Origin: an uncultured Planctomycetota bacterium
Lineage (GTDB): Bacteria; Planctomycetota; Planctomycetia; Isosphaerales; Isosphaeraceae
Direction: 5' to 3'
DNA: 64,000 nt
Assembly: GCA_963845755.1 (NCBI GenBank)
Contig: CAWJTV010000016.1
Span: 1 to 64,000, forward strand
Every line of letters begins with the position of its first letter. The first letter of the stretch is position 1. This document shows, in pieces, positions 10,501 to 21,758 of this stretch. The notes under the pieces were generated by a model. The model ran no database searches and was not told the origin of the DNA. It saw nothing but the letters and a program-made list of their open reading frames with translations. The position numbers and the translations under genes were made by a program.

Positions 10501-11487
10501 TACCTCGCCTCTCTCGTCGAGCAATGAGAGGCTCAGAGAGTACGCGTTGCCGGGCGTGTGAAGGTCCCATAACCGGTCCGGCTTCCAGTTCCCGGTGAAC
10601 GTGATGCGCCCGCCAGCGAGGTCATTCGTGTCGAGGACCTTGCTCGCGAATTCCGTGACCTCGCGGCCATCCTGTGCGATCCGGGCGCGGAGGGAATACC
10701 GGCCGGCGGCATCGAGCTGCTGCAAGGCGGCATCGACCGAGACCTGCCCCTTGCGCACCGAGGTCTCCACCCGGACGTCGGCGATCCGGGCACCGGCCGG
10801 AGTTCCGACGAGATAGACGTCGCCACACAGGCCACGCCGGGGCACGGTGCCTCTGACCTGCCGGGCCGAGGCGGTGTCGTTGTACGAGAGCATGACACCC
10901 CGTAGCGGCATGGCCAGGACGAGCAGGCCGAGCCGGTGCTTGCCACCGGGACGGCATGCCGATGTCAGGTCCACCTCTCCGCCGGGAAACCGAATCGCGC
11001 CGGCCGACTTTCCATCGACAAACACGGTTGCATAGGAGTTCAGGTATTCGACATAGACGGCGATGCGACGGTTCGCCCAATGGCCAGGGACTGCGAACTC
11101 CCGCTCGTACCAGGCCGAGGTCAAGCCAGCCAGCCTGGCATCCTTCCAGTCGGGATGCGGGTAGATCGTCTGGGAGTCCTTCTGCAGGTAGTCGGTGATT
11201 CCGGGCCAGCACCCGGGAACCTTGAAATAGCCCCAGCCTCTCGCGGGGGGCTGTTCGGTCCTGGATCCAGCGGGCTGCCAGCGCCACAAGCCGTTGATGC
11301 AGATCCGCTCGCGTGTGGGAGTCGTTTCGTGGTGGGCTTGCTCCGGGCTCCAGACGACTTTCACGCCCTCCGGCACGGGCGCGGCGAACTCGTCCGCATG
11401 GGCTCGGAGATCCAGCATCATCAGGACGACCGCGATGGCGACAAGCCTCGATTCAACCCGCAACGGCCGGCACTTCCGCGAAGTCAT
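7554..11487 (-). CDS. Large secreted glycoside hydrolase family 2-like protein (about 3 apparent frameshifts)
   Basis: Signal peptide, CINGLWRWQP, WYEREF, RFGFREFWIDGRDFYLNG, NHPSVVFYS, CEYG. Consecutive ORFs 9568-11487, 9186-9797, 8869-9465 and 7554-9044. Confidence 0.78.
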
Positions 11488-11763
11488 GGCGCCCCTCCGT
11501 CTCCCGATATCTCCGAATACTCAGCTCGTCTTCGGTGTTGCTAAGTGTCCCGGGCGGTAGCGGCGGGCGACCATCGCCGCGGCCTCGTCGAGCCCGACGA
11601 TTGTCTCGGTCCGGGAGAGCCACGCTCATGATCGCTCCGCCTGGTCCTCGACGCAAGGAGACGGTCTCGGAGGGGCCACGAGAAGTCCTGGAGCGTGGGC
11701 GGTGCAAGGCCCGGGGGAGGCCCGCGATTCCGTGACCGCCGGTTTTTTTCACGGAGAAGCCCC

Positions 11764-11804
11764 TTGACAGCGCGCTCAACTGTATTATGATACTTAATAC
11801 AGTT
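11764..11804 (+). promoter_or_regulatory. Sigma70-like promoter overlapped by a YtrA/GntR-type palindromic operator
   Basis: TTGACA (11764)-16 bp-TATGAT (11786); palindrome AACTGTATTA-N7-TAATACAGTT at 11778-11804, directly before the GntR gene. Confidence 0.8.
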
Positions 11805-11819
11805 AACGAAAGCGGTGCC

Positions 11820-12223
11820 ATGCAGTATGAAATAAACAGCACAAGCCGCCTGCCGATTTATCAGCAACTAGTGCAGCAGGTGCGCGAGGCGATCGCCCGG
11901 GGCGCCCTGAAGCCCCAGGAGCAGTTGCCCTCGGTGCGCCAACTGTCGCGCGACCTGGTCGTCAACCCCAACACGGTCGCCCGCGCCTATACCGAGCTCG
12001 AGCGCGAGGGGTTGCTATCCAACCGCCCGGGCGCGGGGTGTTCGTCGCCGAGCCGAAAGACGAGCTGACCAAGGACGCGCGGCGGCGACGGTTGCTCGAG
12101 AGCCTTGACCGGTTGCTCACGGAAGCCGTCCACCTCGGGTTTTCGGAAGAGGAGGTCGCGCGGCTCGTGGCCACCCGGTCTCGGCAGTTCCAGTGGAATC
12201 CGGCGAAGACGGCCCCGAAATGA
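11820..12223 (+). CDS. GntR (YtrA subfamily) regulator, frameshift near 12030
   Basis: PIYQQL...LPSVRQLSRDLVVNPNTVARAYTELERE; continues in the 12038-12223 frame. Confidence 0.9.
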
Positions 12224-12239
12224 GCGGAAAGACCTCCCC

Positions 12240-13196
12240 ATGACTGATGCCATCGTGACAGAGCGGCTGACGAAGTATTACGAATCGCGGTGCGTGGTCA
12301 ACGGTCTGGGCCTGCGCGTTCCGGCCGGGAGCGTCTACGGGTTCCTGGGCCGAAATGGGGCCGGCAAGTCGACGACGATCAAGATGCTCCTGGGGATGGT
12401 CCAGCCCAGTTACGGCCGGGTGGAGCTCCTGGGCTATGAGCTCTCCGCCTTGCCCCCCGCGGTGCGTGGCCGCATCGCCTACCTGGCGGAGGGGCACCCG
12501 CTGTATGGCTGGATGACGGTCGCCGAGGCCGTGCGGTTCGCCCGCGCGTTTCATACCGACCGCTGGAACCAGCCGTTGCTCGACCAGGTTCTCGAACACT
12601 TCGAGATCCCCGCGAGGGCGAAGGTCCGTCGGCTGTCGAACGGCCAGCGCGCCAACGTCGCCTTGGCCCTGGCGATCGCTCCCGACCCCGACCTGCTCGT
12701 CCTCGACGACCCGACGCTGGGGCTCGACACGGTCGCACGCCACGATTTTCTGCTGTCGATGATCCACCTGGTCCAGCGACAGGGGCGGACGATCCTCTTC
12801 AGCTCCCACATCCTGGCCGACGTCGAGCGCGTCGCCGACCGGATCGGCATCCTCGTCGACGGCGTGCTCCGCGTTGACTGCCCCACGGAACGCTTCAAGG
12901 AAGGGGTCAGCAAGATCGTCCTCGAGTTCGCGGGCCGGCCGCCGGCGTTCCCCGGCTGCGCGGGGCTCGTCCAGGCCTGGGAGGTCGGTCGCCGGCTCGA
13001 GCTCGTCGTCGTCGACTTCGGCGCCGAGCAGCGCCGGGTCGTCGAATCGCTCGCGCCGCTCGCCTGGGACGTCGTGGGCCTGAACCTCGAAGACGCCTTC
13101 GTCGCCTACACCCGCGGGCCCAGGCGGTCGTTGCCCGTCTTCGGGGAGGATCTGACCGAGGGGCCAGAGAGCACCAGCGATCGAGGGGCAGCATGA
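12240..13196 (+). CDS. ABC transporter ATP-binding protein
   Basis: GRNGAGKST, LSNGQ, LLVLDDP, SSH motifs. Confidence 0.95.
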   Translation: MTDAIVTERLTKYYESRCVVNGLGLRVPAGSVYGFLGRNGAGKSTTIKMLLGMVQPSYGRVELLGYELSALPPAVRGRIAYLAEGHPLYGWMTVAEAVRFARAFHTDRWNQPLLDQVLEHFEIPARAKVRRLSNGQRANVALALAIAPDPDLLVLDDPTLGLDTVARHDFLLSMIHLVQRQGRTILFSSHILADVERVADRIGILVDGVLRVDCPTERFKEGVSKIVLEFAGRPPAFPGCAGLVQAWEVGRRLELVVVDFGAEQRRVVESLAPLAWDVVGLNLEDAFVAYTRGPRRSLPVFGEDLTEGPESTSDRGAA

Positions 13197-14665
13197 TCAT
13201 GGTTACACACAAAACCTCGCTTTTGCGTCAGTTCCTCCTGGCGGCGACCCTCGCGGTCGGGCTCGGAACGCTTTGGTTCCTGCTCGTGATTTGGCTCGGC
13301 ACCTCGATCCTCGAGGCCTGGCCGGGGAAGATCCGGTCTCACCGAGAAACCCTCGTGGTCACGACCGACGGCACGCCAGTCATCCAGAGTCTTCCGCTCG
13401 ACAACCTGTCGCTGGTGACCCACCGCGACCTGAGCGGCCGCGAGCGCGACGCCGTCGACAGAAAGGACCTGATCCCGGCCGTGTACCTGTACGGCGAGCA
13501 CGAGACCGTCGTCTCCTTCCTCTCGCAATCAGGCTGGCAGAACAGGATCAAAGTGTTCATGGACGAGCGCGAGCCGACCGCCGCCTGGTATTTCGTGCAC
13601 GACGGCAACTCGCAGGGTTCCGGCTACTTCGTCGGCTACGAGCGCACCAGCAACCGGCTCATCGGCTACATCGGACTCTCCGGCTTTCGCGCGCAGCCTG
13701 TTCCACCCGAGGAGCGGCTCCCCGTCCGCGGCGAGCTGGCCCTCGACTTCGCGAACTGGAGCTCGGCGCCGCTGTCGATCTATTCGGGGACCGGGTGGGT
13801 GTTGCGGCCCGATCGCTGGGACGTACCGCCGCGGCTGGTGCACGTGCCGTCCGGAAACCGCCTGCGACTCGTCGACCTCGCCGCGCGGACGGTCACGACC
13901 GCCTTCGAAGCGCCGGCGCCGATCGTGTCTGTGGGTGTTCCCACCCTCTCGTCCTATTCCGGAGGCGGGCTCACGAAGGAACAACCCATCCTTGTCAGGG
14001 CAGGACAGAAGATCTATAAGCTTGATCACAAATATAACATCATCAGCACGTTCACCATCCCGGCGGAGATCGACCGCCACAGCTCGGTGACCTGGTACGA
14101 GGCCGACAGCGGCCGGGCGATCGCCGATTTCGCCCGGCCACCGAAGACCGGGGAGGCTGTCAGCGGCAACGTCACGAGAACGATGGTCTACCGGATCGCG
14201 GACAACGGGGCGATCCAGGACTCGTTCGACCTCGCGCTACAGACCGGGTCGAACTCGTTGAGTGAGCAGGCGGGATTCGCCCTGATGGCTCTGAGCCTTC
14301 CGGCGCCTGTAGTCCTGCTCGCGGGCGAATTATTGATGGCGATGGGGGACCGAGCACCGGACGATGCGAGGGCGCTCGGAGCCTCGCTGGCGGCGGCCCT
14401 GGCGATTTCGTCCGTCCTGGCGGCGGTCGCCTGGCGGCGGGGTCGTGTGTTCGGGCTCTCCCGGCGCGAGCAGGCCGTCTGGGTGGTCTTTGTTCTGCTC
14501 TTCGGTGTGCCCGCGTTCGCAAGCTTTCTGCTCCATCGTCGCTGGCCGGTCCGGGAACCGTGTCCGCAATGCCACTCGCGTTGCGCCCGCGATCGCGACA
14601 CGTGCGCGGAGTGCGGAACACCCTTCCCGGACCCGGCCGTCAAAGGAACCGAGATCTTCGCCTGA
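13193..14665 (+). CDS. Membrane protein, probable ABC permease component
   Basis: N- and C-terminal TM segments, C-terminal CxxC..CxxC; translationally coupled to the ATPase. Confidence 0.7.
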   Translation: MIMVTHKTSLLRQFLLAATLAVGLGTLWFLLVIWLGTSILEAWPGKIRSHRETLVVTTDGTPVIQSLPLDNLSLVTHRDLSGRERDAVDRKDLIPAVYLYGEHETVVSFLSQSGWQNRIKVFMDEREPTAAWYFVHDGNSQGSGYFVGYERTSNRLIGYIGLSGFRAQPVPPEERLPVRGELALDFANWSSAPLSIYSGTGWVLRPDRWDVPPRLVHVPSGNRLRLVDLAARTVTTAFEAPAPIVSVGVPTLSSYSGGGLTKEQPILVRAGQKIYKLDHKYNIISTFTIPAEIDRHSSVTWYEADSGRAIADFARPPKTGEAVSGNVTRTMVYRIADNGAIQDSFDLALQTGSNSLSEQAGFALMALSLPAPVVLLAGELLMAMGDRAPDDARALGASLAAALAISSVLAAVAWRRGRVFGLSRREQAVWVVFVLLFGVPAFASFLLHRRWPVREPCPQCHSRCARDRDTCAECGTPFPDPAVKGTEIFA

Positions 14666-14726
14666 TGCAACGTTAACGTCGGCGACGTGATCGCTGATCT
14701 CTTCGGTGAGTTAGCCTCTGCGGGAG

Positions 14727-15412
14727 ATGACCATGGTCCTGACCCTCGCGAGAAAGGAACTGCGTGAGACACGGGCGTTTGCCGCGCTCGCGGTCGTTCT
14801 TTATCTCGTCTACGTGAGCAACCTGACGGGCCAAGGGGGACCCTTCCTCAGGTCCCTGGTGGGTCTTGTCCCCGGAATGAGCGTGACACCATCCGACGTC
14901 CCGTTTGTTCAGGATAATTTCAAGACCATGCTGTTTTTCATCGGGGGCGTGCTGGCGATCGTCCTGGGTTTCCGGCAGTCGGCCTGGGAGCCCAGCCAGG
15001 GGACGGCCTTGTACCTCCTACACCTGCCACTGGCGCGCCGTACCATCGTCTTGACGAAGCTCCTGACGGGGATCGGCCTCTTGCTCGTGTGCACCCTGTT
15101 GCCGATCCTGATTTATGCGACGTGGGCGGCCCTGCCGCGAACGCACCCCGGCCCCTTCGAGTGGATGATGATCGGCGGGGCATTCCGGATCTGGCTCCTC
15201 TTGCCGCTCGTGTATCTCGGGGCGTTTGCCAGCGGCATTCGCCCGTGCGCTGGTTCGGCTCGCGGCTGCTGCCGCTGGCGGCGGTCGCCGTTCCCGCCGT
15301 GTTCTCGTATATCCTGGCGCACTGGTGGCTGATCGGCCTGCCGCTCCTCTGCCTCACGACGGCGGTGCTTGTGAGTGTTATTCTCTGGGAAACGGAAACA
15401 CGGGATTTCTGA
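14727..15412 (+). CDS. ABC-2 type permease, frameshift near 15245
   Basis: LARKELRE start, LLHLPLAR...TKLL motif, multiple TM helices. Confidence 0.75.
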
Positions 15413-15460
15413 GATCTCGGCCGCCTGAGAGCGCCGCCCGCTTGGTTTGCACGCGGGCCG

Positions 15461-15523
15461 GTAGGGTGCTCTGCGAACACCGACCCTCGTCGTCAAGCCT
15501 GCGCGGTGCTCACAGAGCACCTA
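15461..15523. repeat. GTAG-type REP doublet (REPIN-like)
   Basis: GTAGGGTGCTCTGCGAACACC...GGTGCTCACAGAGCACCTA inverted pair; related to 21645-21708. Confidence 0.65.
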
Positions 15524-15717
15524 GCCGTTCGAACATGCAGGGGTAATTAATGTCTCTGCTTCAGCTCCTTCCCAGAGGCCAGCCCATAGCGGATCGGGTC
15601 AAGACTCCTTAGAATGCTCTGGCCAACGGTGACTGGCTCTCCTCACCAAGTGAGAACCTTTCCCGTATCATCGTCATTTCTCTGCGTTCATCGGGTGCGC
15701 GACGAAAAGAGGCTGCT

Positions 15718-18114
15718 ATGCGCGACGCCGCGAGACGGTCAGTGCCGGTTGTCGTCGGAGTGGGCATCGTGTACGCTTGGTTCGTGGCGGGCGGTCCCTT
15801 CCCGGGTAGACCCGCGGCATCCGCGACTCGCGAGGTGGCGGAAGACCACCTCGATCGCACGGTCCTTCCCATCCCGGAGCCCACATATCCGCCGATCACC
15901 GCACTCGATGTCCGAGACGCGAAGGCCCCGCCCCGATTCGAGGTGAAGGCGCCGGCCGGCGCCCCCAACGTGCTCATCGTCCTGATCGACGATATGGGGT
16001 TCGGACAATCCAGCGCCTTCGGGGGACCCATCCATATGCCGAACGCGGAGCGCCTGGCCGGCAACGGGCTCCGGTACAATCAATTCCACACCACGGCGCT
16101 CTGCTCGCCGACCCGTGCGGCCCTGCTCACCGGCCGCAACCACCACATGTGCAACATGGGCTCGATCACGGAGACCGCCACCGCCTTCCCGGGGCAGACC
16201 GGACAGCGGCCCAACAGTGTGGCCCCGCTGGCCGAGATGCTCCGGCTGAACGGCTTCGCAACCGCGGCCTTCGGCAAGTCGCACGAGACCGCGGCCTGGG
16301 AGGTCAGCACTTCGGGGCCGACCAATCGCTGGCCGACCCGCTCCGGCTTCGACAAGTTCTATGGGTTCATCGGCGGCGAGGCGAACCAGTGGGCGCCGGC
16401 GATCTATGATGGGATGAACCCGGTCGAGGCCCCGAAGAGTCCCGGCTATCATTTCCTGACGGATATGACCGATAAGGCGATCGATTGGACGAAGGCCGTG
16501 AAATCGCTGACACCGGACAAGCCGTTCTTCATCTACTACGCTCCGGGCGCCACACACGCCCCGCACCACGTGCCGCAGGAATGGATCGCCCGGTACAAGG
16601 GCCGGTTCGACCAGGGCTGGGACAAGCTCCGCGAGGAGACGCTGGCGAGGCAGAAGTCGCTGGGCGTGGTCCCGCCCGACACGAAGCTCGCGCCCAAGCC
16701 GGCGGCGATCAAGGCTTGGGACCGGCTCACGCCCGACGAGCGGAGGCTCTTCGCCCGGCAGATGGAGGTGTTCGCCGGCTACGGCGCGTTCGCCGACCAC
16801 GAGGCCGGCCGGCTGCTCCAGGCCGTCGACGACCTGGGCCAGATGAACAATACCCTCATCTTCTACATCCTCGGCGACAACGGCGCGAGCGGCGAAGGGG
16901 GTATGAACGGACTATTTAACGAGGCAACATATTTCAACGGTATCAATGAAAAAGTCGAAGATATTTTGAAGCATTACGACGAGCTGGGCAGCCCCAAGTC
17001 ATACGGTCATTACGCCGCCGGGTGGGCCGTGGCCGGGGATACACCCTTCACCTGGACGAAGCAGGTTGCCGCGAATTACGGCGGGACCCGCAACGGGATG
17101 GTCGTCCACTGGCCCGGGCGTATCAAGGCTCGAGGCGAAATACGATCTCAGTGGCATCACGTCATCGACATCGCTCCAACGATCCTGGAAGCAGCAGGTC
17201 TGCCCGAGCCGAAGGCCGTGAACGGGACTCCCCAGACCCCGATCGAAGGCGTGAGCCTGGTTTACACGTTCGATAACGCCAGGGAGACCAGCCGGCATAC
17301 CACTCAGTACTTCGAGATCTTCGGCAATCGCGCCATCTACCATGAGGGTTGGCTGGCTGGTACTGTCCATCGGGTCCCCTGGGAGGCGAGACCCCGAGCG
17401 ACCCTCTCGAATGACACGTGGGAGTTATACGACACCCGCACGGACTTCAGCCTGGTGAACGATCTGGCCGCGAAGGACCCCGGGAAGCTCAAGGCGATGC
17501 AGGAACTTTTCCTGAAGGAAGGGGTCAAGAACCATGTGCTGCCCATCGACGATCGCGGCGTCGAGCGGGTCAACGCCGCCCTGGCCGGGCGGCCCGACCT
17601 CATGGCTGGTCGAACTTCATTGACTGTCTATGAAGGCATGACCGGGTTGTCGGAGAATGTCTTCATCAATGTGAAGAACCGATCACACACGATCACCGCC
17701 GAGGTCGAGATCTCCAAGGATGGCGGCAATGGCGTCATCCTCTGTCAGGCGGGCCGGTTCGGGGGCTGGAGCCTATATCTCAAGGGCAGCAAGCCGACCT
17801 ACACCTACAACTGGCTGGGACTGGAGCGATACACGATCACGCCCGCGGAGGTCCTGCCGGCCGGGAAGGCGACCATCCGCTTCGAGTTCGCCTACGACGG
17901 CGGCCAGCCGGGCTCGGGCGGAACGGGCGCGATCCTTGTTAACGGCGGGAAAGTCGCGGAAGGTCGGATCGACCAGACACAAGCTTTTGTTTTCTCGGCT
18001 GATGAAGGTGCCGACGTGGGGATCGATGCGGGCACGCCCGTGACCGAAGACTACCCCGCGCACGAGAGCAAGTTCACCGGCAAGATTCACAAGGTGACCA
18101 TCGAGTTGAAGTGA
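15718..18114 (+). CDS. Arylsulfatase
   Basis: PNVLIVLIDDMG, LCSPTRAALLTGR formylglycine motif, GKSH, GDNG. Confidence 0.95.
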   Translation: MRDAARRSVPVVVGVGIVYAWFVAGGPFPGRPAASATREVAEDHLDRTVLPIPEPTYPPITALDVRDAKAPPRFEVKAPAGAPNVLIVLIDDMGFGQSSAFGGPIHMPNAERLAGNGLRYNQFHTTALCSPTRAALLTGRNHHMCNMGSITETATAFPGQTGQRPNSVAPLAEMLRLNGFATAAFGKSHETAAWEVSTSGPTNRWPTRSGFDKFYGFIGGEANQWAPAIYDGMNPVEAPKSPGYHFLTDMTDKAIDWTKAVKSLTPDKPFFIYYAPGATHAPHHVPQEWIARYKGRFDQGWDKLREETLARQKSLGVVPPDTKLAPKPAAIKAWDRLTPDERRLFARQMEVFAGYGAFADHEAGRLLQAVDDLGQMNNTLIFYILGDNGASGEGGMNGLFNEATYFNGINEKVEDILKHYDELGSPKSYGHYAAGWAVAGDTPFTWTKQVAANYGGTRNGMVVHWPGRIKARGEIRSQWHHVIDIAPTILEAAGLPEPKAVNGTPQTPIEGVSLVYTFDNARETSRHTTQYFEIFGNRAIYHEGWLAGTVHRVPWEARPRATLSNDTWELYDTRTDFSLVNDLAAKDPGKLKAMQELFLKEGVKNHVLPIDDRGVERVNAALAGRPDLMAGRTSLTVYEGMTGLSENVFINVKNRSHTITAEVEISKDGGNGVILCQAGRFGGWSLYLKGSKPTYTYNWLGLERYTITPAEVLPAGKATIRFEFAYDGGQPGSGGTGAILVNGGKVAEGRIDQTQAFVFSADEGADVGIDAGTPVTEDYPAHESKFTGKIHKVTIELK

Positions 18115-18276
18115 TCGGAGTCGATCCGCTGAGGCCAAAGGGACTTCACCGGCTTCCCCCGGCGTCCGGAGTTTTATAGCATGGAAGGCCACCCGACCGG
18201 AGCAGGATCGGGGACGAAGGGAAGCGATGCACCCGGGGACGAAGCACGTTCCCCGCTGGATTCTTGAGGAACAGGC

Positions 18277-18507
18277 ATGAAACCAGGTGAACTCGAGCTC
18301 TTCAGCAGCGAGGAGCTCATCAATGAGCTGATGAGACGGACGACCTTCCAGGGAGTGATCGTCCATGCCCGCGATGGGGCGAAGAGCCGCCACTGGAATG
18401 GAGAACGGGTCTTCCGAGTCCGCATCAACGAGAATCTCAACCGGGAGGAGACGAGTCGCTTGCTCGAAGTCGTGAGCCAGCACATCGGCCGGGTTGAAGG
18501 AGGCTGA
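18277..18507 (+). CDS. Small hypothetical protein
   Basis: GAGGA RBS; 76-aa ORF with coding-like codon usage. Confidence 0.6.
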   Translation: MKPGELELFSSEELINELMRRTTFQGVIVHARDGAKSRHWNGERVFRVRINENLNREETSRLLEVVSQHIGRVEGG

Positions 18508-18599
18508 AAGCACGGCGGGCGAAGGTGTTCGTGAGCACCTCCGCCCGTCCGCTCGGAGTCACGTATCCGATGGAAATATCCTTGCCCCGAGCGACTCGC

Positions 18600-19236
18600 T
18601 CAAAGGAGCCGACGGCCATCGGGGTTGAGGATGTCGACATCCTCCTCTAACGGCGTGCCCACCACATCCTCGCTCTTGACAGGGATGTCCAGGGTCTGGG
18701 AGTCCGTGACATCGGCGCGGACGTTCCCGCACGAGTTCATGTCATAAGCGTCGTACGAGCACAGGATGGCCTTCGCCTCGTCGGCTCGGCCTTCCGGGCG
18801 GACCGTCACGATGGCCCGGCCTTCCTCGAATTCATCTTGATAGTATTGGGCCTCGTCCTCGGGAATGCCGGCGCCGATCAGGGTACCAGCCAGTCCCCCG
18901 AGGCCGGCACCCGCCGCGGCATTGGTGAGGATGACGCCGAGGGTCCCGCCGGCGATGGCCGGCCCGATGACGGGGATGATCCCGCTGAGCACTCCCAGGC
19001 CCGCCAGCGCACCCACTCCCAGACCGGCCAGGGCTCCGGTCACGGCCCCGGTCCCCGCGTGGGTTTCATCCGTGTCGGTCACGGTGTCACCGACGCCAGC
19101 ACTCCCCCCGCCGTAACGCAGGGCGACGCCGATCTGATCATCCCGAAATCCGGCCCTGTGGAGCGCGTTCGACTGCGCGGTCAGCTTGCATGCGGTCTTC
19201 GAACACTCCGACGACGGTCGATTGTTGAGCCCTCAT
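18600..19236 (-). CDS. General stress protein-like (YflT-type) membrane protein, frameshift near 19165
   Basis: STVVGVFEDRMQADRAV..., Gly/Ala-rich hairpin, IPVIGPAIAGG, GIPEDEAQYY. Confidence 0.75.
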
Positions 19237-19489
19237 GGAACTCTCCTCGTGTGAGTAACCAGGCGAACGTGATTTTCCGATGGGAATCTGCCGGATCGCT
19301 GCAAACTCGTCTGCAAGGAGAGTTCTGCAAAACTGGTGCCGGGTTTTCCGCGGAGACGGCTCGGGGGCGGCAACGAACGGATCGGGCATCCCGAGGGAAT
19401 ATCGCCCACTCCCCCTTTGACGGAACCGTCCGGCGCTGGTTCGATGGGAGGTGCGCAACAGGTCGAGAACGGACAATGGAGGACCAGTC

Positions 19490-20086
19490 ATGGCGATTCT
19501 TCCCGGCGGGCGCGACCATCGGACCCCCGATTACCCGATCGAGACGCTGTTCCTCGACCGATGGTCGCCGCGATCGATGAGCGGCGAGCCGCTCGCCGAC
19601 GGCGAGCTGATGAGGCTGTTCGAGGCGGCCCGATGGGCGCCGTCGACGTACAACGAGCAGGAATGGCGGTTCCTCTATGCCCGCCGCGACACACCGCACT
19701 GGCCGTCCTTCTTCGGGCTGCTGATGGAAGCAAACCAGGTCTGGTGCGCCAAGGCGTCGGTGTTGATCGTGGTGCTCTCGCACAAGGTCTTCGCGCGGAA
19801 TGGCGAGCCGAATCCCGTGCACACGTTCGACAGTGGTGCGGCCTTCGAGAACCTGGCGCTGCAAGGTGCGGCGATGGGCCTGGTCGTCCACGGCATGGCG
19901 GGCTTCGACCGCGTCAAGACCCGAGCGACGCTCGGGGTGCCCGATGATTACGAGGTCGAGGCCATGGTGGCCGTCGGCCATCCCGGCGACCCTGCCGAGC
20001 TCCCGCCCGAGTTACAAGCGCGCGAGGTACCCTCGGGCCGGAAGGCGGTTGGAGAGATCATCCGCGAGGGACCGTTTGCGTTCTGA
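19490..20086 (+). CDS. Nitroreductase family protein
   Basis: RWSPRSM, EAARWAPSTYNEQEWRF, FDSGAA, HGMAGFD. Confidence 0.93.
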   Translation: MAILPGGRDHRTPDYPIETLFLDRWSPRSMSGEPLADGELMRLFEAARWAPSTYNEQEWRFLYARRDTPHWPSFFGLLMEANQVWCAKASVLIVVLSHKVFARNGEPNPVHTFDSGAAFENLALQGAAMGLVVHGMAGFDRVKTRATLGVPDDYEVEAMVAVGHPGDPAELPPELQAREVPSGRKAVGEIIREGPFAF

Positions 20087-21585
20087 ATCGAAGAACCTGA
20101 AGCACGTGTTGTGAGCGTCCATGCGCTGTCGAGCGCCCGGCGGTGGTGGTATGCCCGCGGCGCGCAAGACTCGATGAAGGGCGGCGATGGCCTCGGGCGA
20201 GGGCTTGAAGTTGCCGGGTCGGTGGCCCTCCGCGATCGAGAGCGGAGTCCATCCGTGCTTGTCCTTATGGTTCCAGACCTCGATCCTGGCGCCCTTGTCG
20301 GCGAGGAGTTGCACGACCTGCGGGAGACTCTTGTAGGCGGCGCCGTGCATGGCGGTCTCGCCCTTGTCGTCGACCGCGTTCACGTCGTTGCCGAGCGCGA
20401 TCGCGAGCTTGACGGCCTCGAGCGCCTCGTCCTCGGTCCCGGCCTCCTCGCCGGGGGCGAGGCATCCCAACCCGGCCGCCGCCATCAGGGGCGTGCTGTG
20501 CTCGGCATTCGGCAGCCGAGGGTCGGCGCCGAGCTTGACCAGCATGCTCATGTAGGGGACGTCGGCCGTCATGCAGGCCAGGAGAAACGGGGTCGCGCCG
20601 CGCCGGCCGAGGACACCTCGCCCCGAGGCACCCCGCTTCAGCCGCGCATTGACGTCCGCCCCGTGCCCCACCAGCTTCTCGACGAGCTGGAGGCTGCTCA
20701 GGGTCCCGGAGCCGGTCGGGGCCGGGTCGCCGCTCTCCTCGTCGCCGCGATTCGGCTTGCGGACCCAGGTCAGCGTGTGGAGCGCCGTGAAGCCGGATCG
20801 CTGGTCGTTCGGGTCGGCTCCGGCCTCGAGCAGGGCGACGGCCAGCTCGAAGTGGCCGTTCTCGACGGCCAGGATCAGCGGCGTGGTCCCCCGGGCGGGT
20901 GCCCGGCCCGCCGCCCTCCTGGGCTGCATGGCCTCGTTCACATCGGCCCCCGCCTTCAGAAGGATGCGCCGACCTCCGTGCGGCCTTCTCGTACGGCGAA
21001 GAACAGGGGCGTGAATCCCGAGGGCAGAGCGGTGCGGAACTCGGCCCCCGCCTGGAGCAGCGCCCGGACAACCCCCGCATGCCCTTCGGCCGCCGCCCAC
21101 ATCAGGGCCGTCTGCCCGCGCCGTTCCTTGGCGTTGACCTCGGCGCCCCGGGCGATCAAGGCCTTCACGGGCCCGAGCTTCCCGGTCCGTGCGGCGGTCA
21201 TCAGGGCCGTCTCGTCGCCGTGCAGCCGGGTGTTCGGGTCGGCGCCTGAGTCGAGCAGCAGTTTGACCATCGCCTCATTCCCGTTCGTGCAGGCGAGCGA
21301 GAGGGGCGTCACGCGGTATCGGTTCGCGACCTTCACGTCGGCCCCGGCGCTCACCAGGAGCTTTGCCGTCTCCAGGTCGTCGCGATGCGCCGCCCAGTGC
21401 AAGGCCGTCATGCCGTCGGGCTGGGCCTGGTTCATGTCGACGTGTCGCTCGATGAGGCCGCGGACACCGGTCCGGTCCGACCGCTCCGCCGCATCGGCCA
21501 CGGGCGCGTCGGCGCCGCGGACCGTCGAGCTAAAGATCAGCAGAACAAGCGTCAGTCCGCATGCGCCGAACCGATACTGATCCAT
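20012..21585 (-). CDS. Secreted ankyrin-repeat protein, frameshift near 20965 (3' end uncertain)
   Basis: Repeated G.TALHWAA, TPLSLAC, TALMWAA, TPLILAV motifs. Confidence 0.88.
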
Positions 21586-21644
21586 CGCTATCGCCTCCTG
21601 ATCCTGCGTCCTTCCCATCCAGACGACGACCGGTCCTCAGTCTC

Positions 21645-21708
21645 GTAGGGTGCTTTGAGCACCAGGTTCGGCAGAGCAAACCAGATCGGTGCTCACTGGG
21701 CACCCTAC
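21645..21708. repeat. GTAG-type REP doublet (REPIN-like)
   Basis: GTAGGGTGCTTTGAGCACC...GGTGCTCACTGGGCACCCTAC. Confidence 0.7.
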
Positions 21709-21758
21709 AAAGCCCTGGCTGGGCGCCTGACTGATGGGTTGCCCACACAATCGCGCGC

